Source: Octopus sinensis (Eukaryota). From it: DNA of 64,000 nt. The position numbers and the translations under genes are program-made. Location: the NCBI RefSeq assembly GCF_006345805.1, contig NC_043026.1, positions 4,340,001 to 4,404,000 of the forward strand. Direction: 5' to 3'. The number at the start of each line of letters is the position of its first letter. The first letter of the stretch is position 1. Below the pieces are notes generated by a model. That model saw only the letters and a list, made by a program, of their open reading frames with translations, was not told the origin of the DNA and made no database searches. Shown in pieces: positions 54,901 to 64,000 of the stretch.

Positions 54901-57900
54901 TTGGGCAAATCAATTTATTTGCACAGTAATAGAGAAACTCGAGTTCCCTTGAAATTACTCTTGTGGTTTGGGCTTTAACTGCCCTCTCTAGCACATAAGG
55001 TGTCCTGTGTATAAATATGTGCACTATTATATATATATATATATATATATATTGGCTTCAAATTTTAGCACAAGGCCAGCAGATTCGTGGAATGCTCCAG
55101 TTTTGATTGCATCAGTCCCAGTGGCCATCGTCCCTGAAAGCGAATCTCCATGGAATTAGAACTCAGAATATAAAGTCAGATGAAAACACTGCTAAGCATT
55201 TTGCCTGGTGTACTAACGATTCTGCCAGCTCAGCAGATATATATACATGCATATATATACACATATATGTTTATATATACACGTATATATATATATTTAT
55301 ATATATATATATATACATATATTTATATATATACTTACCTTTGTATATATACTTACTACATATGTCTATACATATACTTAATATGAACATACACACATAT
55401 ATACAGCTACAGATGCATGCACATACTCACCCCTGCATACATACATACATAGATATGCTTACTGACCTACATACATACAGACACACATTCATACATTTAT
55501 ATACACACATATATATACATTGATGAGAGGGATTATATATACATTGGTTTTTCTTAGGTTTTGTTTTCTGAAACAAAGAATGTCTGTTGAAATAGAATAT
55601 TTTTCAGTAGAAAACTGAGACATTTTACAGGAAAAAATCAAAATAGGAGAATTCTCGTGATTTAACAGCCATACAGAGCTCTCGGTCATTGGCTCAATAC
55701 ACACATATATACATTCCTATAACAATAGAATCTGACTAGAAGGAGATTTGGCTGTTATTTCTATCAGGGTTAGCTACTCTAAAGCATTCTCCTTCCTTGC
55801 TTCGTTCAATGTCCGACACATTAACGATGAAGTCATTCACTGCACAAATAATAGTCCTTTCTTCTAAATGCACAAGGCCTGACATTTTGTAGGGAAGCGG
55901 ACGGTCGACTACATCGGCCTCAGTACTCAAATGATACTTGTTTTATTGACCCTGGGGAGATGAAACCAAAATCGGCCTCGGTGGAATTTGAACTTGGAAC
56001 GTAGTGACAAGTGAAATACCACTAAGCATTTTGCCCTGTATGCTAACGATTCTTATTAATTATAATAATAATAACTATAATGGGCTTATTGTATACGATG
56101 TTAGGGTCACTACAACTCATTGGAAAAGGTATGCCTGTATGTGTGTATGTATATGGGTGTGTTTGTAGGTACATGTTTATATGTATATATATGTATGTGT
56201 GTGTGTGTGTGTGTAGCTATATATGTATGTATACAAATTTAAATGTTGAGGATGGGATTTTTCCATATAAAGAAAGAAGGCAAAATAAGTGAATATGATT
56301 GGTTCAGAAACATGAAACACTTGAATGGAAATGCATGGAGAGGTGGTGGTGGTGTTGGCAAAGTTGGAGAGGATGTAAAGAGAGAAAGAAAGAATATAGA
56401 ATTGGATGGGAGGTGGGGAGAGGGTGTCATTCATACAGTCTGTGCTAATCTGAGATAGGCGTGTCGATGCAATCTGGCTAACATATACTACAACACACCA
56501 ACAAATACACACACATACCTATACACTACAACAGACACATACTTTTAAACCAAGATACATACCCATGACAAGGTAACACCCACCAGGTATCTAGAAACTT
56601 CTTCCTGGTAGATTATAAATATAGCTTTAAGTACAGTATACTAGCCAAACCATTGCCACTTTTGCATGATATTTCTGAGAGAGACAGTCTTCAGGCTAGA
56701 ATAAACACCTCAACACAAGTAATCCAGGTAATTATTTTATTTAATATGCAATTTACCAATACACTTCGTTAAAGCTTCATTAGAACTATTTGAAGCATAA
56801 ACTTTTATATTGGAATTTGTTTTATTTTCAGGCAGTATTTTTTCAACTAGAAAATTTTCAAAGATTTTACACTGTTACATTACAAGTAAACATTTTCATT
56901 TCCAGAATATAAAATAAAGTATAGTTTGGTTATGACTATGTCAAAACTATTTAATGGGAATTAGAGGAATGGATATGTTCATCTAAGGATACACAATTTT
57001 AGGTAGTTTACAGTGGATTTCTAATTCTCAAGTGAAATTTAAAATTTGTAAATTAATTTTATGGCTGTTAAATTATTAGTGTTTTATAAACTTAATTTTT
57101 TAAAAGGTTAGCAAGGGAGAAGGGCCCTGCCGATGGTCCTTTATATTTCCAGGGTCTTCAAATGTGGTGAATGGAAGATAGACATTCTCAAAACAAGAGA
57201 CCTAACATGAATGCATACAACAGAGAAATCCTCTCCTAAAAAGCATCTCAAGGGCCAGGTGATGGTGTTGAAAAAGGTGATAGATTAAGTCTGCAACCCA
57301 GGGAGGCAACAAAAGGATTTGAACTCAGATCACAAAGAACCACATTAAATACTACAAGGCATCTTGTCAAATATATAAATCCATCAGACCACCACCTCAG
57401 ACTGGCATTTTAATTATCGACCCTTGCATAATAAAAAATCAAAATTAATCTCGGCAGGATTTGAACTCAGTAGACAAAGAGTTTGTATAAATACCACAAG
57501 GTAGTGTGTGTGTGTAGCTATATATGTATACAAATTTCAATATTGAGGATCGGATTTTTCCATAAAAAGAAAGAAAACAAAATAAGTAAAAAACAAATTT
57601 ATAGCCTGATTAAGTTTGTGTCTAAGTCCAACGTTCTAACGACTCTACTAACACAATGTAACACATGTTTTGTTTATTTGTATTTTTTAATGTTCATATA
57701 AGCATTTTTTGCCACTAAATTCAAAAATCACATTCATTTTTACCTAACATCGATAGTTATTTATTTATTCCTAATTTCATATTTGCTCGTTATATTTGTA
57801 ACTTTTCTCTACAGCACTTTGTTGGTTCAATCTATTCTAGTATTGTAAGGATAATTACACAACATTTAGTAATTTTTCATTTATTGAAAAGTATTTAGGA

Positions 57901-57959
57901 AGTATAATATTAGTTACAACAAAAAGAAACAATAAAACTCTGCACTGTAAATGCCTTGA

Positions 57960-58790
57960 TAACTCTTTTCTTAAGATGAGAAGTGCTTTGACGATCGAGA
58001 TTTTCTAGAGGGTATACCTTCATCTCTTCTGACTAAAGACCATATATAATCTCCCATCATAGCAGTATCCCATCGTCCTTGGTATCTTCTTTCCATAGTT
58101 GCGACGTCCTGATTAAATCTCTCACCATGATCCTCACTTCATGGCATTTCCAGTTCACAGATGTCTTGCAGTCTTCCCCCAGTAGATTCCATTCCTTCAA
58201 CCTTGATGAAAGGAGTTCAACTCCTGGCTTAGTAAGACCCAGATCCCTGATTAAATCATCTAGCTCACTCTGATTTGGAAAGTGAGGCTCTGAAGTCGTT
58301 CATGGTACGAAAGCTTCTGCCATTTCTTGGCTTCTGCTACTTGTTGACTCTTCAGATGAAATATTTTCTGGTGGTAGTGGTACTCGTAAACTGTCAGGTG
58401 CTCTAGATGATGGTATGTCTGGATACAGAAGAGCTTGTCTTCTTTTCACTTTTCTGTACTTTGTCACATCGATCATACAAAAGTAACAGTCATCGTGATG
58501 GTTCTTTGGCTCTCCCCACACCCTTGGAATGGCAAAAGGCATTGACCTTCCTGGACCTCTTAACCATCATTCTAGAGTAGACTGACAGCTTCCACATATC
58601 ACATGTGGGGGCCCGTGGTTTGTCCTGGTCACCCATGGGCATTCTGAAATAGTCTGTACGCTATCCACAATTTGGCACCTTTCACGATCTTATGTAATAC
58701 CTGCTTTTTTCCAATATAATAACCACACACATAGCAAAATGTATCTGGAGAATTTTTACATATTCTTGAAGCCATCCTGAAAGTAGCACA
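57960..58790 (-). mobile_element. DNA transposon relic, Chapaev3-like transposase, internally deleted
   Basis: FCYVCG, GDQDKP.APHVICGSC, MPFAIPRVWGEPKNHHDDCYFC and SEDHGERFNQDVATMERRYQGRWDTAMMGDY; superfamily assignment from memory of these motifs. Confidence 0.7.
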
Positions 58791-59749
58791 ACTTAGTAAT
58801 TGGTCTGAAAGGGAAAATTAGACATACATTAGTCAGCGGAACATTATAACAATACCGAATATATAATAACATTGAAAGTCGACATATTTTTTTAACTGTT
58901 GATGAGACACAAAAAATAATTTCAGTTTTGGAATCAGCAGAAAAAATAGATTGATAAACAATAAAAAAAATACAATAAACAAATTCTTTTTGAAAATTGT
59001 TACGTTGTGTAAATGATCTTTTTCTTCTTTCAATCAATGAAATATATTTTTTTAACTGATTTTGATTTTAATATTATACTTTGTATATAAATGGAATTGT
59101 TCTGGTGATTTCATTTCTATTTTATATCTTGAAGCAAACAAGAAGAATTGTTTAAATATTAAACAATTTGGTGACAACATATATTTTCTCCCTCAGCACA
59201 TCTTTATCCTACATCAACATTTTAATGTGCAATGCATTAAATATATACATAAAGTGAGAGAGAGAGAGATACACACTTGTATACATACATATATACGCAC
59301 ACTCTTCACATTTGTGCTAATTTCCTCCAACCATTTTATAAACTATAAAAAATGTGTCCAGGATTTCAAATACTTTTACAAGAAGAGAAAGTTTATATTT
59401 TTTTGAGCAATTTCAAAAATATTTGATGAATTCTAAAGAAAGAAAATGTAAATTATATTTAATGACAAAAAGTTTTAGATTTTATTTGCATGGAAAATTC
59501 AAAGTTTGTAAATCAATTTTACAGAAATATAAGCTAAGAAATCAAATAGGTACGTAATTGTGTCTTTATTTTTGTCCCACTAACATTGCTTGACAACCGA
59601 TGTTGGTGTGTTTACATCCCTGTAACTTAAAAGTTCAGCAAAAGACACCAATAGAATAAGTACTAGGCTTACAAAGAATAGGTCATGGGGTCAATTTGTT
59701 TGACTAAAGGCAGTGCTCCAGTATGGCCACAGTGAAATGACTGAAACAA

Positions 59750-59882
59750 GTGCAAGAATAAAAGAATATATATACATATATACACGTACACTATATAAAT
59801 ACACACACACACATAATATATACATGTTTATGTAAAAGGGAAATAAAATGTTGAAGTTGATATTGAAAAGGAGAGAGGGAAT

Positions 59883-59914
<32 letters not shown>

Positions 59915-59985
59915 AGAAAGTAAAAGAAGAGAAGGACATATGAAGGATATAAAATAGGAAAGGGAGGGTTGTTATCATTATTATT
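59750..59985 (-). repeat. Inverted duplicate of 32,010-32,230
   Basis: Both translate to ITTLPFLFYILHMSFS; same low-complexity module. Confidence 0.7.
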
Positions 59986-60255
59986 AATTACTATTATTAT
60001 TATTATTATTAATTACTATTACTATTATTTGGGTGGTGAGCTGGCAGAATTGTTAGCATGCTGGGCAAAATGCTAGGGAGCTATTTGTTTGCTTTTACGT
60101 TCTGAGTTCAAATTTTGCCGGCATCAACATTGATCCTTTCGGGGTCAATAAAATAAGTACCTTTTGTGTTCTGGAGTCGATTTAATCAATTTACCTGCTT
60201 TCCAGAACAAGCTGGCCTTCTGTTAAAATTTGATGCCATTATCATTATTATAATA

Positions 60256-60290
<35 letters not shown>

Positions 60291-60818
60291 GACTCATCTG
60301 CAACTACATTCTGAGTTCAAATTCCTCCAAGGTCAACTTTGCCTTTCATCCTTTTGGGGTCGATTCAATAAGTTCCAGTTATGCACTGGAGGCGATGTAA
60401 TTTACTAGTCCCCTCACCCCAAATTTCAGGCCTTGTGCCTATAGTAAGAGAAGTTATTATTATTAATTATTATTATTTTATTATTAATTATATTATTATT
60501 ATTATTACTGTGATGAGCTGGCAGAATTGTGAGGATGCAAAGCAAAATGTTGAGCGGCATTGTGTCCATCTTTACATTCTGAGTTCAAATTCCACCTTTC
60601 GGATCGATAAATTAAGTACTAGTTGAGTACTGGGGTCAGTGTAATAGACCGGACCCTTCCTTGAACTTGCTGGCCTTGTGCCAAAACTTGAAATCATTTT
60701 TATTAATTAAAAAAAAAATAAAAGAAATCATTGCTGTTGTTGTTGTTGTTTTTGCTGCTGCTGCTAATTATTATTATTTTGATGTTGTTATTGTTATAGT
60801 AGGATATTTTTATTATTA

Positions 60819-60863
<45 letters not shown>

Positions 60864-61085
60864 TGAACAAGCAGAATTGTTACAAAATGGCAGACAAAAT
60901 ACTTTGCATCATTTCTTCCAAGTTTACATTTTGAGTTCAAATTCCACCAAGGTTGATTTTGCCCCTCGTCCTTTTGGGATTGATAAAATAAGAACCAGTT
61001 AGGGGCTGAGGGGTGACGTAATCAATAACCCCCCACACCCAAAATTTCAGGCCTTATGTCTATAGTAGAAAGGATTATTATTATC
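59975..61085 (+). repeat. Tandem cluster of ~4 degenerate SINE copies separated by (TTA)n tracts
   Basis: Repeated gagctggcagaat...ttctgagttcaaatt...gtcga/aataaaataagtacc...ggccttgtgcc. Confidence 0.65.
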
Positions 61086-61377
61086 TTCAAAATATTACCA
61101 AAAAAAGTTGGGGGCATGGCTGTATGGTTAAGAAACTCACTTCACAACCTTGTGGTCTCAGGTTCAGTCCCACTTTGCAGCACCTTAAAGAATTAACTTC
61201 TTCGAATATTCCAGGTTGACTTAAGCCTTGTGAGTGGGTTTCGTACATGGAACTGATAAATCCTATGGTATATACATGTGTGTGTATATTCATGTATGCA
61301 TATCTACATTTGTACTTGTATGTGTATGCATGTAAGTGTGTGTGTGTGTGTATGTGTGTGTGTGTATGTGTGTGTGT

Positions 61378-61426
<49 letters not shown>

Positions 61427-61899
61427 TGCTCATGTCTCCTTGCTTTGATATCTGTTGCTTATTATAAACAAATGTCACATCACACAAACAGTGTCGTTTG
61501 TTTGCAGTGTTCCACCAGAAAACATATCCAACCATTGTGCTATTCATGTTGGAAGAACTTGGGGAAATATTCTCTTGCTTAAAACCAGCTGAGGATTGGT
61601 GACCCTCATCGAGTGTAGTCATAGACTTGACTGAGTGGCACTCACAAGAACCTGGCAAGAAACAAAACAAAATTATGAGAGGGAAAATACAGAAAAAAAA
61701 AATACATCACCTCCAGTTCACTGCTTCCTGTAGCAGAAACAGCTGGAAGCTAATGAGGTGTCTACGTAACTCTTGTTCTTTTGTCGTTCATTGATTCATA
61801 CTCTAAACATACATAGACACAACATTTATACACGGGTATGTGAAGGTATATCATATATTTACATATGTCCATTTATGTATATGTGTATGTATGTATATA

Positions 61900-63280
61900 T
61901 CATCATCATCATCGTTTAACATCCACTTTCCATGCTACCATGGTTGGACAATTTGACTGAGGGCTGGTGAACCAGATGGCTGCACCAGGCTCCAATGTTG
62001 ATCCGGCAGAGTTTCTACAGCTGGATGCCCTTCCTAATGCCAACCATTGAGAGTGTAGTGGGTGCTTTTACGTGTCACCGCCATGGGGCCAGTCACGCGA
62101 TACTGGTAACGACCTTGCTCAAATCTTTTACACATGCCACCAGCACAGGTGCCAGGAAGGCAATGCTGGTAACTATCAAGCTCGAATAGCGACTTTTATG
62201 TGCCACTGGCACGGAAGCCGGTTAGCCACTCTGTCAACGATCACACTCGTATGGTGCTCTTTGCTCCCCGCTAGCACAGATGCCAGTCATCGGATTTGAT
62301 TTTGATTTCACTTGCATCAACAGGTCTTCGCAAGCAGAGTTTTAGTGTCCAAAGAAGGAAAAGGGACGCATAAGTGGGCTGGTTACACCCCTGGCATAGA
62401 CCACGAGGTTATGGTTTCATGTGGCTTGCTGAGTCTTCTCACGCACGGCATATTTCCAAAAGTGTCGGTCACTAGTCATTTCCTTGGAGAGGCCTAAAGT
62501 TTGAAGGTCATGCTTCACCACTTCATCCCAGGTTTTCCTGGGTCTACCTCTTCCACGGGTTCCCTCAACCGCTAGGGTGTGGCACTTTTTCACACAGCTA
62601 TCCTCATCCATTCTTGTGACATGACCAAACCAGTGCAGTCGTCTTTTGCACACCCTATCTGCTGCTTCTTAGGTCCAATATTTCTCTCAAGGTACTTACA
62701 CTCTGTCGAGTATGAACACTGACATTACATATCCATCAGATCATACTGGTTTCATTCCTTGCGAGCTTACGCATGTCCTCAGCAGTCACAGCCCATGTTT
62801 CACTGCCATGTAGCATGGCTGTTCGTGCAAATGCATCATACAGTCTACCTTTTACTCTGAGCGAGAGGCCCTTTGTCACCAGCAAAGGTTAGAGCTCTCT
62901 GAATTTTGCCCAAGCTATTCTTATTCTAGCAGCTACACTTTCAGCGCACCTCCCTGCTACTGACTTGGTCACCTAGGTAATGGAAGCTATCAACTACTTC
63001 TAGTTTTTCTCCCCGGAATGTGGCGGAAATTGTTCTCTGAACATTTTCAGTGTTTATTGCACCCGAGCATCTGCCACATACAAAAGCTATCTTCCCAGTT
63101 AGCCTTCCTTTGATATTGCTGCATCTCTTATGTGTCCATAGCTTACACTGGGTACATCTTAGAGTTTATACCTAAACCTCTACTACAGATCGAGCAGGGC
63201 CATCTACCTGAAGGGATTTGTGGTTTGCTTGCCTCCCACTTATTAGGAATTTGGTTTTAGCTAGGTTGACTCTAAGGCCC
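61900..63280 (-). mobile_element. RTE-clade LINE 3' portion (C-terminal ORF + 3' UTR + (GAT)n tail)
   Basis: RRLHWFGHVTRM...GRGRPRKTWDEVV..D; upstream EVVDSFHYLGD and AMLHGSETW. Confidence 0.9.
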
Positions 63281-63429
63281 TTTGATAATATATATATATA
63301 TTATATATATTTGTTGAAATGGAAAGATGAATTTTCTTGTTACAGATTATTCAAAGTTTACCGATACCTGGGTAGCAAAAATCACAGCAGAAAAAAACAC
63401 GGTTGGAGATAAGACCATTTGGTGTTGCA

Positions 63430-63465
<36 letters not shown>

Positions 63466-63482
63466 TATATATATATATATAT

Positions 63483-63692
63483 ATATTGTTATATTTCGGA
63501 ATGGTCATTCTGCCAGTTTAGCCAATAAAACACACGCACTATATATTTGGTGTTATTTTGCTTCATGTTATTTATTTTTACATTAATCTTAATCTTATTT
63601 CGGGCAGAGTTCTTTCGTCACACTCCTGTGACCGCATCAGTGGTCCTTTATTGGCTAAACTGGCAAAATGACCATTTCGAAATATAACAATA
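63483..63692. repeat. Inverted repeat (~47-bp arms) enclosing a hammerhead-like motif
   Basis: atattgttatatttcggaatggtcattctgccagtttagccaataaa and its reverse complement; - strand ctgatgcg-gtcac..gtgac-gaaa. Confidence 0.7.
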
Positions 63693-63741
63693 TCTGTTTC
63701 AACACACGACTTCACATAAAAAATCTTGCACAACAAATATT

Positions 63742-63775
<34 letters not shown>

Positions 63776-64000
63776 TATTTAGCAGAAGTAACAAAGTGAC
63801 CCAAAATCCGAAAGTTTTGTTTATTAGCATTTATCAAACTGGTTCTTTGGAGGTATATTCCCAGACCTCAAAAACCAGTTTGATGAGTGTCAACTCTCAG
63901 ACCTTGAGTCCCTACTGTCACGTCCCTATCACCCCTACCTCTATCTTTCATCTCTCAATCACTCTCTCTTCTTCTTTTTACTCTATCTTACTGCTGTGAC

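Overview
AT-rich, microsatellite-dense eukaryotic DNA. The SINE families, RTE and CR1 LINEs and clustered single-exon C2H2 zinc-finger genes are most consistent with an octopod cephalopod; this is inferred from family recognition, not proven. Host genes: a tandem C2H2-ZNF cluster with array A at ~16.35-17.92 kb, array B at ~27.27-28.39 kb and array C at ~29.6-30.3 kb. A and B share a duplicated intron/5' leader and probably a first exon. Mobile DNA dominates the rest: a GC-rich Helitron Rep (35,985-40,987, cut by a 100-N gap) whose N-terminus carries 27 near-identical 69-bp/23-aa STPR-like repeats; a Penelope-like RT + GIY-YIG element; a long CR1 LINE; RTE fragments and dispersed copies of their 3' UTR; mariner and Chapaev3-like relics; MITEs; and tRNA-derived SINEs. 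Best leads: (i) the expanded STPR array in the Helitron; (ii) ZNF array A, homogenised like a minisatellite with a repeated Q/N/T helix that could read (TAA)n; (iii) several fold-back elements carrying hammerhead-ribozyme cores, including a clean U3:A8 variant at 34,542-34,583; (iv) a shared TGEKP->TG*KP stop in all three ZNF arrays; (v) a recurrent TTTGGCTGCTATTTCTAGC motif. Many 1-2 bp indels in otherwise clean ORFs look like long-read consensus errors, so pseudogene calls are provisional. Element boundaries were read by eye and are approximate unless stated.
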